DNA of 64,000 bases, from positions 11,104-75,103 of IMG/VR virus record IMGVR_UViG_3300032053_000043; one strand, given 5' to 3'. The translations under genes were made by a program, and so were the position numbers. Shown here one piece after another: positions 25,388 through 34,925 of the stretch; the first letter of the stretch is position 1, and the number at the start of each line of letters is the position of its first letter. The notes under the pieces are model-generated. The model made no database searches and was not told where the DNA came from. It saw only the letters and a list, made by a program, of their open reading frames with translations. Origin of the DNA: a virus.

Positions 25388-26650
25388 TTACGTAGTATAA
25401 ACCGAACCGATGGTTCCAAGGACTCCGGCGGACGAACTGAACCTCACCCACGTTTCGTCGTCCATTTGGAATACCCAAACGGCAGTAGACCCGGACTTTG
25501 GAATAACAAGCCAGTACGATAGAAAGTCGTAGCCAATTCCTAGATTAGGAATAATCTGCCCAGTCACCGTACCATTGGCCAACGCAAGATCAGCGAAAAT
25601 CTTCTTCTTAACGGCGCGACCAATAGATGTAACTTCAAGTCCTCTCACACGGTAAATATCATCAGCAGAAACAAAGATAATATGCTGATTGCCATAGGCA
25701 GCAAGTGAGTAAGGGTACTTATTACCGATACCTGTAGGCTGCACCGAAAAATGGCTGAACGCGAACGGCGACGTGCCAACGCCAGTCGGAATCATTGCCG
25801 ATATACCATTCTCACGGAAGATAAGTCCATTGTTCCCCGAAACCGCAAAGCCGTTGATTTCGTCGGGGACCTCCATAAGATCAGCCAAACCCGATGAAAA
25901 CGAAGTCCAATTATTGGGATTCCCCGCACGACACCAACGGATTCTTCGGGGATAGAGAACGGCACTTTCTTCGGTGTACGCGAGTATAAGTCTACTTGCC
26001 AAAACGCCCATGAAACGGGCGCCACCCGGAACATCTCCAGCAAGAGATAATGCCTTGCTACCATCGGTGTAGCAAACCTTCGTTGGTCCCTGAGAAAAAT
26101 AAATACGGTTGTTTATACATGCATTACCAAACGGCCGGTTTGCTTGACCAAGATCCGTCACGGTTGCGGGCATGGTAAGATTGTTCCAGTATACAGAATA
26201 GGCAACGCCATTCTGCACACCTGCAGAGCCAGTCAGCGTCAAAGAAGTATCGTTGGTAACAGACGCGATTGTATACTCAACGGTGTTAATGGTAATCTTT
26301 ACGCCAACCGCGCCGGCTCCTGTTGCAAACTTCGTACCAGAAACCCACGCCACAGCCGTACCGTTTGTGTTAACAACTCCAGTTGTAGTCGCAAGTGCAT
26401 ATGCATTGTAAGTAGTCAAAACCAACGAATGTAAACTACCATTCCTATCCATGAAGGACTGCATCAAGCGGATGGGCTTCCCATCAGGGGCGGTGCCAAA
26501 GGCAGTTAGCTTCGGCCTTGTTTGAATGCGGCCCTTTTGGGTAAAGAAATTAAGAACGTCGTCAAAGGCGTTGAGCGGCGCGTATGGTCTCGCAACATCA
26601 TCTCGAATGCCACCCCACGGCCCAGAAACTGGAATCTGTTTGTAAGCCAT
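25388..26650 (-). CDS. Tail nozzle (gp10/gp12-like), N-terminal propeller part
   Basis: GPWGGI...DDVLNF...G.I..RP start; RIRWC..GNP.NW, GL.DL motifs; follows adaptor. Confidence 0.7.
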   Translation of the reverse strand: MAYKQIPVSGPWGGIRDDVARPYAPLNAFDDVLNFFTQKGRIQTRPKLTAFGTAPDGKPIRLMQSFMDRNGSLHSLVLTTYNAYALATTTGVVNTNGTAVAWVSGTKFATGAGAVGVKITINTVEYTIASVTNDTSLTLTGSAGVQNGVAYSVYWNNLTMPATVTDLGQANRPFGNACINNRIYFSQGPTKVCYTDGSKALSLAGDVPGGARFMGVLASRLILAYTEESAVLYPRRIRWCRAGNPNNWTSFSSGLADLMEVPDEINGFAVSGNNGLIFRENGISAMIPTGVGTSPFAFSHFSVQPTGIGNKYPYSLAAYGNQHIIFVSADDIYRVRGLEVTSIGRAVKKKIFADLALANGTVTGQIIPNLGIGYDFLSYWLVIPKSGSTAVWVFQMDDETWVRFSSSAGVLGTIGSVYTT

Positions 26651-26652
26651 AG

Positions 26653-27369
26653 CTACGCTTTCCCATGTGCAACTTTCGTTGACAAGTCACCGAACGGCAA
26701 TTCACCCGCCTCATACTCCGCCTGCATCCCCGTCATGCGACTGGCGATTAAGCCCGGCTGGCGCTTTCCACTTCGTGGATCAATGAAACCATAAAGCAAG
26801 TCACGAATCGCAGTAGCACGATCATGTTCCAGAAGCTCCGTGAAACCACGCAACGCAGCGCAATAATCCACGATTTCGAGCCAGTCATCCGAAACTGCCA
26901 ACTCAGTATTCTGCACGGTTCCCGAAATGGTAGGCAAAAGCCAAATACGCCAGCGTATTGTATAGACTTTATCCGCAAGGGGGCGTATAAGAACCTGACG
27001 AACAAAACTCGGGGTCTGCAAGACCCATGTACAATAAATCGAGGGCTTTGTTTTTGTGGTTGTTGAATAATTATCAATCTCGCGGATATTCTTCCGTGCC
27101 AACGTAGTTGACTGTTTTGTAGAAGTATCTATAATAGCAAGGCTACGAATGGCCCGCGTTCCAGTTGGATACGTGTAAGTCCCGGTTTCCGATGTACCAC
27201 CTATAGTAACTCCATCATAGGTACTAAGAAGCTCATCGAACGGATAAGCCATGGCTAGTTCGATATACGCATCGCGTAGCCACAGATAAATTCTTGTAGT
27301 CAAATCGGAACGATTTCCGAGCTTTTGCTTGACGCCATCCGCACGATCCGTAATCTTTTGGAAAGCCAT
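26653..27369 (-). CDS. Head-tail adaptor protein
   Basis: KLGNRSDL...WL..AY..L, KP..Y, IRP.AD..Y pattern; upstream of nozzle. Confidence 0.7.
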   Translation of the reverse strand: MAFQKITDRADGVKQKLGNRSDLTTRIYLWLRDAYIELAMAYPFDELLSTYDGVTIGGTSETGTYTYPTGTRAIRSLAIIDTSTKQSTTLARKNIREIDNYSTTTKTKPSIYCTWVLQTPSFVRQVLIRPLADKVYTIRWRIWLLPTISGTVQNTELAVSDDWLEIVDYCAALRGFTELLEHDRATAIRDLLYGFIDPRSGKRQPGLIASRMTGMQAEYEAGELPFGDLSTKVAHGKA

Positions 27370-27370
27370 A

Positions 27371-27784
27371 TTAAGCGTAGAAAGTATGATTACCAAGCTT
27401 CGCCGTTATCGGATGCTCATCAGGTTTATCCAGTATCTGTTCCTTGAACCATTGTGATGTCATTGTATCCAGATTCGCGTAATATAATGCGTTGTGAGTG
27501 ATATCTATGTCCGTTTCGTCGTACACCTTCCAAGCGATGTCCATTGCCGCCTCGAACATTGAATTGGGCCGGACAGGCCACAATACCGTTTGTGAGTCGC
27601 CAAGCACCGTCATGGAAGAGAACTGATTCTTAGTGGCAATTACTTTAGAGTAATCTCCCCAATGAGCACGGACCCGATTAGCGACGACGTGAGCGGTAGC
27701 ACGCATGCCATCAGGGCCCTCACCGCGGGACTCCCGCCAGATGAGTACTGCAAGCGCCACCCGATTGTAATCAATCCACTCCAT
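27371..27784 (-). CDS. SleB/Hydrolase_2-family cell wall hydrolase (endolysin)
   Basis: ESRGE...G..A...VV.NRV, QFS, D.T..ALYY, LGNH.FY. Confidence 0.9.
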   Translation of the reverse strand: MEWIDYNRVALAVLIWRESRGEGPDGMRATAHVVANRVRAHWGDYSKVIATKNQFSSMTVLGDSQTVLWPVRPNSMFEAAMDIAWKVYDETDIDITHNALYYANLDTMTSQWFKEQILDKPDEHPITAKLGNHTFYA

Positions 27785-28112
27785 CCGACTTTCCTCCGCT
27801 GGTTAACACCACGAACGCCGCTTTCAGGTCTTTGTCCAATTGATTCCTGTTGGCCTGCCACTGCTTCCACATAACGCCTGTAGCTATAGGCATAGACAAG
27901 AAAAAGCCAACGAAAGCTGAAGTGGCCATTCGCCAACCCGTAGTCATATGACCCAACTGGTAAAACCAAGTCAAGGTATACGTCCCCCATTGAGCACCGA
28001 ACGTAGCGGCAGTGGCCATGAAGGTGTCCAGAAGTACAGCAGTAAACACCTTCAGCGCGGTCGTCTGGCGCCAGCCCGATGCGAAATCGGGAACTTTGAT
28101 GTCGACGGCCAT
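27771..28112 (-). CDS. Membrane protein, putative holin/lysis accessory
   Basis: Two hydrophobic segments; adjacent to endolysin. Confidence 0.5.
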   Translation of the reverse strand: MAVDIKVPDFASGWRQTTALKVFTAVLLDTFMATAATFGAQWGTYTLTWFYQLGHMTTGWRMATSAFVGFFLSMPIATGVMWKQWQANRNQLDKDLKAAFVVLTSGGKSDGVD

Positions 28113-28307
28113 TTACTTAGTGAAAACATCCTTGTGGTCAGCCGCCGCTTTCAGACCCAGTAGCACCGCAAGACCAGTAACCACTCCCATAACTTCTTGG
28201 AAGTTAGGAAGTTCACCTGTCGCGTGCCATTTAACTGCAAAGCCAAGTAGTGCGGCAACACCGCCGATAACTCCCCAAATCGTAGTACGAAGCGATTTCG
28301 GTTGCAC
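28113..28307 (-). CDS. Putative holin
   Basis: GTG start after AAGGAG; KSLRTTIWG..G motif, 2 TM, GL..A.D tail. Confidence 0.65.
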   Translation of the reverse strand: MQPKSLRTTIWGVIGGVAALLGFAVKWHATGELPNFQEVMGVVTGLAVLLGLKAAADHKDVFTK

Positions 28308-28308
28308 T

Positions 28309-28533
28309 TCAACTCTCCTTTTCTTCCTCTTTATGGCGCTCGTCACATACCTTTTGCAGAACGTAACGAGCGTCACTGTGATTCTGAAGGTCCAACAAAT
28401 CGGCCTTCGTTAAGACTTCCTTCTTCAGACTTCGGAACATGCCCCAGGCAGCACCGGCGCTAAAGATTACGCCAGCGGCGCCTGAGATAACTGCTGTTCC
28501 TTCCCAAGTCAGTTGGAATAGCGCCAAAGCCAC
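28309..28533 (-). CDS. Single-TM protein of lysis cassette
   Basis: N-terminal TM plus charged helical tail. Confidence 0.55.
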   Translation of the reverse strand: MALALFQLTWEGTAVISGAAGVIFSAGAAWGMFRSLKKEVLTKADLLDLQNHSDARYVLQKVCDERHKEEEKES

Positions 28534-28542
28534 AAACGCCTC

Positions 28543-28740
28543 CTATTTCACCTGTGAAACTTCGCTTTGCGATAGGAAGCCCTGGCGTATGTCCAACTTC
28601 TTCTCGACGAATTTGCATTTATCGAGATTCTCATCGGACATTCCGCCAGAGCCTCCATAGACTTTGCGAAGGTTCTCGCATTGCTCGCTTCGCGTGCGAC
28701 CGAAGCGGAGCGTTCGCGTCTTGCTGGTTTTAATCAACAT
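28543..28740 (-). CDS. Hypothetical protein
   Basis: Coupled (TAATG) to the upstream gene. Confidence 0.45.
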   Translation of the reverse strand: MLIKTSKTRTLRFGRTRSEQCENLRKVYGGSGGMSDENLDKCKFVEKKLDIRQGFLSQSEVSQVK

Positions 28741-29723
28741 TACGCGGCCCTTAGAATAAGCCCAGCTTCGTCGAAGTTCCCGGCCATACGAAAGATTAAC
28801 GGAACAACAATGTCAGCGCCATCGGCCTTCGCCTCGACAGCAAAGTGCGCGAAGTAATTATCGAGGAGTCCACCATCACCGTGTAGGCAAGCGTACTTAT
28901 TGTAGCCGTAGGAACCTACATCGTGGGCGAAGTAGTTACCGCAAACGGTGCTGTGGGTGATAACGCTACCGCCTCCGGCCTGCATGTAAATGTCACAGTC
29001 GATAAGTGTAATATCCCCTGTGAACACGTTGCGTTCAATCCGAGTACCTTTGACTGTCCCGGCAGCCGAAACCATACGAACGCCTACACGACAGTTCTCG
29101 AAGCGGTTGCCAATGATATTGTTGTACCAACCACCGTGGATAACAACGCCACCACCCTCGGTTGCAACTCCAGCACTGCCCTTGCCATTACGAATGTGGC
29201 AATTGTAAACCGAACAGCCTTCAGCTTGGTAAGTCGTACTACCTTCGCTATGGAAGTAGACATTACCATAGGCAAGGTCGTCTCCAGTACCGTTGATGTC
29301 AAGGTTCTCAATTGCAACGCATGGAGCATTAACGGTAATAATCGGAGTGTGCAACGTAAGCGCCGCTTTGATCTGCAAACCAAAAACATCATGGATGTTA
29401 TGGGGAACGCCGACCAAGGCAAGGTGGCTCTTCGCGTAAGCGATGCTAAGATTTCCGGCCGCTGCCGTTTCGCGGTACGCGACTGGGTCGGTATCCGCAA
29501 AGCCTTTATCGAGGATGTAGATTACATCGTAGGCAGAGGCCAGGAAAATGGCTCGTCCGACGGTAGCTAACGCCGTGTCCGGCGAATCGCCTTCAGCCCC
29601 ATCATGACCGGATATTCCATCTACAACCCAAACACGCGATGCGTGAGCACTTTTATGCTTCCAACCAAAGTGGTTCGCACCAATCACAGGAGAACCCTGA
29701 ATACCTCCAGGAAAGTTCGTCAT
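28740..29723 (-). CDS. Beta-helix virion protein (probable head fibre/decoration)
   Basis: MTNFPGG start, VDG..G.DG..G.SP..ALAT...AI motif, right-handed beta-helix repeats; downstream of capsid. Confidence 0.7.
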   Translation of the reverse strand: MTNFPGGIQGSPVIGANHFGWKHKSAHASRVWVVDGISGHDGAEGDSPDTALATVGRAIFLASAYDVIYILDKGFADTDPVAYRETAAAGNLSIAYAKSHLALVGVPHNIHDVFGLQIKAALTLHTPIITVNAPCVAIENLDINGTGDDLAYGNVYFHSEGSTTYQAEGCSVYNCHIRNGKGSAGVATEGGGVVIHGGWYNNIIGNRFENCRVGVRMVSAAGTVKGTRIERNVFTGDITLIDCDIYMQAGGGSVITHSTVCGNYFAHDVGSYGYNKYACLHGDGGLLDNYFAHFAVEAKADGADIVVPLIFRMAGNFDEAGLILRAA

Positions 29724-29727
29724 TGTA

Positions 29728-29973
29728 CTACCTCCCAATCAAATTCGGATGTCTACGTACACGAGCCGTTTCGTCTCTCGGTTCCTCGCCAGCGTGAGCC
29801 AGTGTCTCTCTTATCTTCCGCTGGCGCACCAACTGCGTTTCGTTATCAACATCCTTTGGACAGAGGAGCAAACCATCTTGCATTTGCAACTGATCCAAGG
29901 GAAAGTCAAACTTACAACGGTCGCACCTCGACCAGGACACTCCGCGCAAGCCACTATGTCGCTGCGACGGCAC
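29728..29973 (-). CDS. Small Cys-motif protein following major capsid gene
   Basis: CDRC.F......L..Q.G.L.C...D. Confidence 0.6.
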   Translation of the reverse strand: MPSQRHSGLRGVSWSRCDRCKFDFPLDQLQMQDGLLLCPKDVDNETQLVRQRKIRETLAHAGEEPRDETARVRRHPNLIGR

Positions 29974-30010
29974 AGGCAGACCCTCCAAAAGTGTCAACTA
30001 AACTAACACT

Positions 30011-30961
30011 TTAGGGCGTCGTGCCCCAAGTCCCAAGCCAAGAAGCAGCACCTACCGAATACCGACAGTAAGCGATATTCTTTACCGACAGAGTATCAAA
30101 GTCGTCAGAGTAATCTTCGGTAAGCGGCTTGCGGTCAAAGAACTTCAGTTGGTGAAACTGCTTCTCACAAAGCAAACCCCACGCCGTTGGTGACGTAAGG
30201 TATTTACCTACCTGGAACTGCAAGCCCTGACGTAGAAGGGCATTGACTTCATTGTTAGCCGTTCCCGGCCTGTTCGGCGAAGCGAGGTACTCAATCGCAA
30301 CGAAAATCAGTTCTGGAGGAATCCAAAGATACGCCGGACGCAAAGCGACTGGGAAACCAACAGCGTCGATTAAACGCTCGAAGTGCCGAATCCCAAGTTG
30401 AAGCGACGTTTGCGATATGTCCATGTCCGTCGCCGGCCTGTTTGGATACGTTCCAGCGGAAGCAATAATTCCGCTAACACCAGGTCCAAGAGTCGTTGCG
30501 GCAGCACCACCGAGCAAGGGATGTGCCGAGTTGAACAGACTAACACCGTCGTTCGATGTTACTGTAGTGAAGCCTAGGTTAAAGATATTAGCACAGTCCT
30601 GTTCTTTACGGAAATTCGCGGACCGTGTTAACGTCTTTGGTGCCTGACGAATGAGGTTGTACTTATCGTCCTCGATAAGCTCGAAGCTAGCACGCACGCC
30701 AAGAGCAAAGGTAGAGTGCATGAAACGCACTGATGGACCTTCAATCAAGGCAGTGTAGTTAATAGCCTCACTCTCTGGCTTTTCAACCATTGGCCCGCCT
30801 CCAGCATATTCGATTTCATCTTCGTAGGCAGAATCCGAAGCTTCGATGTTGAAAACCTTATCGAATTCGGATTCTGCTTGAAGTAGGTCGTTCCACTGAA
30901 TAAACAGATGGTGTAGACCTAAAGCCAGCACTTGTGAATACTGACCGCGTACCATCGACAT
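30011..30961 (-). CDS. Major capsid protein (Mu gpT-like HK97 fold)
   Basis: S..AYE, KPE...I.Y, FALG...S.E.IEDD.Y, DGV.LF..AHP, YLTSPTAW, RYS.G...W.G..G. Confidence 0.9.
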   Translation of the reverse strand: MSMVRGQYSQVLALGLHHLFIQWNDLLQAESEFDKVFNIEASDSAYEDEIEYAGGGPMVEKPESEAINYTALIEGPSVRFMHSTFALGVRASFELIEDDKYNLIRQAPKTLTRSANFRKEQDCANIFNLGFTTVTSNDGVSLFNSAHPLLGGAAATTLGPGVSGIIASAGTYPNRPATDMDISQTSLQLGIRHFERLIDAVGFPVALRPAYLWIPPELIFVAIEYLASPNRPGTANNEVNALLRQGLQFQVGKYLTSPTAWGLLCEKQFHQLKFFDRKPLTEDYSDDFDTLSVKNIAYCRYSVGAASWLGTWGTTP

Positions 30962-30963
30962 TT

Positions 30964-30984
30964 CTCCTCCTCCTCCTCCTCCTC
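30964..30984 (-). promoter_or_regulatory. (GAG)7 tandem Shine-Dalgarno tract upstream of capsid gene
   Basis: (CTC)7 on + strand ending 2 nt before the ATG. Confidence 0.7.
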
Positions 30985-31016
30985 AACTCACGAATGCTCG
31001 TTCCAAGCGGAACGTC

Positions 31017-31583
31017 TTACGCGAACCAGTGTATAACAGCCGGCATGACGATGAAGTAAACTCCACGGCGCGAGGCCGCAGCAAGATTCTTCTCGCTTTC
31101 GTCAAGATCAACAATCTGCACAGCAGCATTGCCACCAGTTTTGGACTTATCCACGTACCAGTAGCCATCAGAGTCGATGGTCAAGCCATAGTTAATACCA
31201 ATATCAGCTTGAGTCAAAGACTGTCCAGTTGGATTGATCTGTCCTTTAAATACCGTTTCGACAACAGCAAGTTCAACTCCGCAACGGCCATCGTTGATGG
31301 GCGCGCCACGCGGAATCTTGACGGCGGAAGGCATGTGCGGAACGGTGCCGTAGTGAAGTGTGTGCGGTACACCAGCTACAGCAAGACCACTTCCCGCTTC
31401 TTGACTAAACCCAACGATGGAATCAGTCAAGTCAGTGCCATCCCACGCTTGCAGAAAGCCGTCGGTATGGATTTGAACTGGAGTACCATCCAAGAAGGTC
31501 TTGGACGCACCTTCTTTAAGCCTCCGCACAGCCGGCTGGTTGTCAGTCGTTGTACGGCAAGCTCGGATCGGCATTGACGCCAT
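31017..31583 (-). CDS. Capsid cement/decoration protein
   Basis: E.AS.TF..G.PV....G.L; between scaffold region and MCP. Confidence 0.6.
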   Translation of the reverse strand: MASMPIRACRTTTDNQPAVRRLKEGASKTFLDGTPVQIHTDGFLQAWDGTDLTDSIVGFSQEAGSGLAVAGVPHTLHYGTVPHMPSAVKIPRGAPINDGRCGVELAVVETVFKGQINPTGQSLTQADIGINYGLTIDSDGYWYVDKSKTGGNAAVQIVDLDESEKNLAAASRRGVYFIVMPAVIHWFA

Positions 31584-31586
31584 TTC

Positions 31587-32063
31587 TCAGCCTCCTATTC
31601 CTTTAAGATCTTTCTCGTTTGGGGTAAAAACGGACATCTTCCGTTTGAGTTCAGGCGGCTCACTAACTCCGCCTAAAGCTTCTTTAAGAACACGCTCTCC
31701 AGTCTTGCCATCCTGTTTCGAACCAGAAGCTCTAAGCGCACGCTGTACATTGTATTTCTGTTCGCCAAGAGCTTTATTGCGGTCGATTTTCATTAAAATC
31801 AAATCCATGCTTTTGAAATGACCGTCTTTAAACACGACACCTGGAACTTCGGCGTCGACCGGAGTCGCGTTGACATAGCCCTTAGCTTTGGCTTGATCAT
31901 ATAGGAAACCGTCCTGGAAGGAACAGTTCGCCCACTTGAACCAAAGCGTAGGATTCTTCGAAATTACATTCTCAATTCCAGTAGACGTAAGCGGCCTTGC
32001 AATGATGTTATCATCGAACAGGAAAGCCGCATCGCGTCTTCCTTGTGGTGAAAGCTGTGGCAT
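31587..32063 (-). CDS. Hypothetical head-module protein
   Basis: 158 aa, W.N...GY...DLILMKI; synteny. Confidence 0.55.
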   Translation of the reverse strand: MPQLSPQGRRDAAFLFDDNIIARPLTSTGIENVISKNPTLWFKWANCSFQDGFLYDQAKAKGYVNATPVDAEVPGVVFKDGHFKSMDLILMKIDRNKALGEQKYNVQRALRASGSKQDGKTGERVLKEALGGVSEPPELKRKMSVFTPNEKDLKGIGG

Positions 32064-32066
32064 GTT

Positions 32067-32801
32067 TTACTCCTTAGCTTGAAACGATACGTGACCACTT
32101 GGACTGACCTGCATACGTTCCTTTTGTGCAAGAAGGTGTTCCGGGGAAATCTTCAAACTACGGGCCATCTTCACTTCGTCCTCGGTTAGTTCGGCCTTCT
32201 TCGACGGAGACAAAGGACTAGCTCCACCACCAGATTCGATAAAAAATTCCGACTTGTCTTTGGTGATAAGTTCACCGGCGTGTGAACCGACAACCTGTTG
32301 GAATACACGCTCGTAAGTCTCTGGAAACTGACGGAATTGCAGTGGGACCGTCTCGAAAAGCTTATCGACCTCCCCACGGAACTTCGTCAAAAGCCTCGCG
32401 TGCAAAGGGCTCTGCTGAACACGCTGCTCACCAATAAACTTCGCGGACTGCGCAGCAAGAGCTAACTGGTTTTGGACAATCGGACCAAGACGTTCACTAA
32501 AGGCTTTGTCCTCATCTTCGAGGATACTCGTTGGACCTGTTGTTGCAGTAGCGGCCGCTGCACTATGACGGTTCGCTTCCAAAACTTGGATCGAAGCCTG
32601 CGCAGCCTGCAAATCCGCTTCGGCTTTCTGTAGAGCCGCTGTACCCTGCGCGTGGGCTGTCTTAGCAGTCTCGTGCTCCGCCGACGCTGCACGAAGCGTT
32701 TTAAGCTCCGCAACGATCTCGCCAGGCGTCTTTCCTTTTAATTCCTCCGGCATGTCGCCTTCGTCGTCTTTAACCGGAGGGTCACCCCTTGTCCACTTCA
32801 T
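32067..32801 (-). CDS. Scaffolding protein
   Basis: Coiled coil, C-terminal LT.DE.K.A..L.IS.E motif; between portal and capsid. Confidence 0.7.
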   Translation of the reverse strand: MKWTRGDPPVKDDEGDMPEELKGKTPGEIVAELKTLRAASAEHETAKTAHAQGTAALQKAEADLQAAQASIQVLEANRHSAAAATATTGPTSILEDEDKAFSERLGPIVQNQLALAAQSAKFIGEQRVQQSPLHARLLTKFRGEVDKLFETVPLQFRQFPETYERVFQQVVGSHAGELITKDKSEFFIESGGGASPLSPSKKAELTEDEVKMARSLKISPEHLLAQKERMQVSPSGHVSFQAKE

Positions 32802-33024
32802 GTTTACTCTCCTTTTTCTTGAGTTCTTCCGGCAATGCCAGAATCTTCTTTAGCACCGCTACCGCGCCCTGCGCCTTAAAAACCTCATTGAGATTGCTGG
32901 AGCATTCCAGGGAGTGTTGCCAATGCCCCAGCTCCCCCTTGATCCACTCCAGGAACACTCGCGCCGGCTGGCTGTCCAACCATTGGTGAACCACCTCCGC
33001 CTGTCTTGGCTCGTAGATGCTCAA
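32782..33024 (-). CDS. Small helical protein downstream of portal (overlaps portal 3' end)
   Basis: GGAGG RBS then TTG at 33024; W...P...F....., F.AQG....L..IL.LP pattern. Confidence 0.6.
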   Translation of the reverse strand: MSIYEPRQAEVVHQWLDSQPARVFLEWIKGELGHWQHSLECSSNLNEVFKAQGAVAVLKKILALPEELKKKESKHEVDKG

Positions 33025-34792
33025 TTTGCGCCTCCGGTACAAGCCTTGTAGGCTCATCCTGACCAAAGTTCCTCAACACGGATTTCATCAACGAATCCGC
33101 CGAACGGATCGCGTCTATTAAATAATTCTTAATTTCTGGAGGAACCATTTGGTTCGCGGCTTGCCCAATCATGGCAGCTATCGCCCCATAATGCTTCATC
33201 ATAATCTGAACTAACATAATGTCGGCTTGCTTTTCAAGTTCACGATTCAGCGAAGCCGTCGCCGCAAGGACAGGCATAAAAACGGTCTTATTTTTAATTG
33301 CATCGAAAGCCTTCCGCAAATGCTCGGCTGACTTTCCGTACGAAGCAAAACGACCTGGATCTGTACCGAAGTACGCAATTTCATTTGCAATAACGCGACC
33401 AAGACGCAAGTGTGCGGTACGAATATCGCTGATGTGCATATCAGTACGTGTGTTACCTTCCTGTAAAAGGGACAACGTACCCATTGCGGTGTATACACCA
33501 CGTTTCGTAAACGTACCCGCGCCAAAGCCTTGCATCGGGGGCGAAACGCCACTTAGCTTGTCAGCTAAGTCAAGACTTAAACGCTCCTCGTCGATGTTCA
33601 CCTGCGAAGGCTCGCCATGAGAAATTGCCTCGATGTCGTCCTTCTCAGCCGGTATATGAGCACCCGGATATATATCAAAGCCCTCGCCCGCAGCCGGAGT
33701 ATTCGGCGAAACACGAAACATCTTCGCATTGGCGACAGTTTGTGCATCACGTCTCTGATTATGAATCTGCGAAGTTTCTTCCTGAAAAGTCGAGAGCTTC
33801 TCAGCAAGTCCGTAACCGTAGTAGCTTCCGTCACGCGGAAAAAGCCTTGCGCCAATCCAAGGTTCGTCGGGGAAGAATGAGAAAATACTTCGTAGAAGCG
33901 TACCGGAGTTGTAGTGATAACAGGCTATCAACCTTGCTTGCGAAGTTCCTTCTCCGTAAATGCACCAGCACTCGTATATATACCACTCCCGGGAGTCCGG
34001 TCCTTGAATGGTTTGCGCTCCCACTTTGCTTTCAACTTCTTTTTGCGGAGCAGTTGGGCCTGATGCATCGGGTGAAGCAACAACGGCGTTGTAGATTTCG
34101 TTCTCTTTTCCACGCGCATACAATTCTCTAGCGAAACGGCTCTCAAGTTCTTGCAGATTCAAACGAACGCGGTGCGCCTTGAAACTAGCGTTCTTCAGAA
34201 CGTTCGTTTGTACAGGAATGAACAAATCCTCGAAGAGAACCTTTTCCGGACGAGGACCGTCGTAAACAGTGTCGTCGATGAAATCGTACTTACCAGTACC
34301 ATCACCCGATGGAACGGCAATCGCTTCGACTTGCGTTTCCCACGGACATTTGATAACCGACGTTCCGTATTGCACAACATCGTTGAGGAACTCACGGTAA
34401 ACGCGGTACAAATCCAATTCTTCAGGCTCAAGAGCCAAATCCGTTAAGTAACGTTCAATCGCCATACGAAGCGGTTCGGCATCGCCTCCAAAATCGCCAC
34501 CGACTTGGAAAGGCCATATTGGACGAAGTTTGTAAATTGCGGCAATTAGCCTTGCTACTAACGTATCGGCGTGTATAGCCACGATTGGAACAACAAGGTT
34601 ACTGGCGTTCGGGAATGGATAGTTGCGTATCCTCTGTAAAGGCTGGGACTCGTAAACACGCCGCCAGCTTGGGAGCTTAGTTTCATGGATTTCGCGGAGA
34701 CCTTCGATGCAGGAACGCAGATTTTCCTTTAGGAAGGCTTTGAACTTCGTTTCGCCTTCCTTCGAGAAGTTCACATGGATAGGCTGGACCAT
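32885..34792 (-). CDS. Portal protein
   Basis: PF.NASN..VP, YG....K..W, YG.G..E.L...Q.E....NQR.D; follows terminase. Confidence 0.85.
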   Translation of the reverse strand: MVQPIHVNFSKEGETKFKAFLKENLRSCIEGLREIHETKLPSWRRVYESQPLQRIRNYPFPNASNLVVPIVAIHADTLVARLIAAIYKLRPIWPFQVGGDFGGDAEPLRMAIERYLTDLALEPEELDLYRVYREFLNDVVQYGTSVIKCPWETQVEAIAVPSGDGTGKYDFIDDTVYDGPRPEKVLFEDLFIPVQTNVLKNASFKAHRVRLNLQELESRFARELYARGKENEIYNAVVASPDASGPTAPQKEVESKVGAQTIQGPDSREWYIYECWCIYGEGTSQARLIACYHYNSGTLLRSIFSFFPDEPWIGARLFPRDGSYYGYGLAEKLSTFQEETSQIHNQRRDAQTVANAKMFRVSPNTPAAGEGFDIYPGAHIPAEKDDIEAISHGEPSQVNIDEERLSLDLADKLSGVSPPMQGFGAGTFTKRGVYTAMGTLSLLQEGNTRTDMHISDIRTAHLRLGRVIANEIAYFGTDPGRFASYGKSAEHLRKAFDAIKNKTVFMPVLAATASLNRELEKQADIMLVQIMMKHYGAIAAMIGQAANQMVPPEIKNYLIDAIRSADSLMKSVLRNFGQDEPTRLVPEAQIEHLRAKTGGGGSPMVGQPAGASVPGVDQGGAGALATLPGMLQQSQ

Positions 34793-34796
34793 GAAA

Positions 34797-34925
34797 CTAC
34801 TTCCGTCTCCTATGAGGCTTCTGCCCAGTCGAAGCTACGCATACCGCGTAAGGGTTTACCTTTTTCTTCCCACGTCGATTCCGCGCTCTAACATGCGCGA
34901 TGCAACGCATGAGCTTCGCTGACAT
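34797..34925 (-). CDS. Small basic protein (42 aa)
   Basis: MSAKLMRCIAHV...NPYAVCVAS...RRRK; TAATG-coupled to terL. Confidence 0.55.
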   Translation of the reverse strand: MSAKLMRCIAHVRARNRRGKKKVNPYAVCVASTGQKPHRRRK

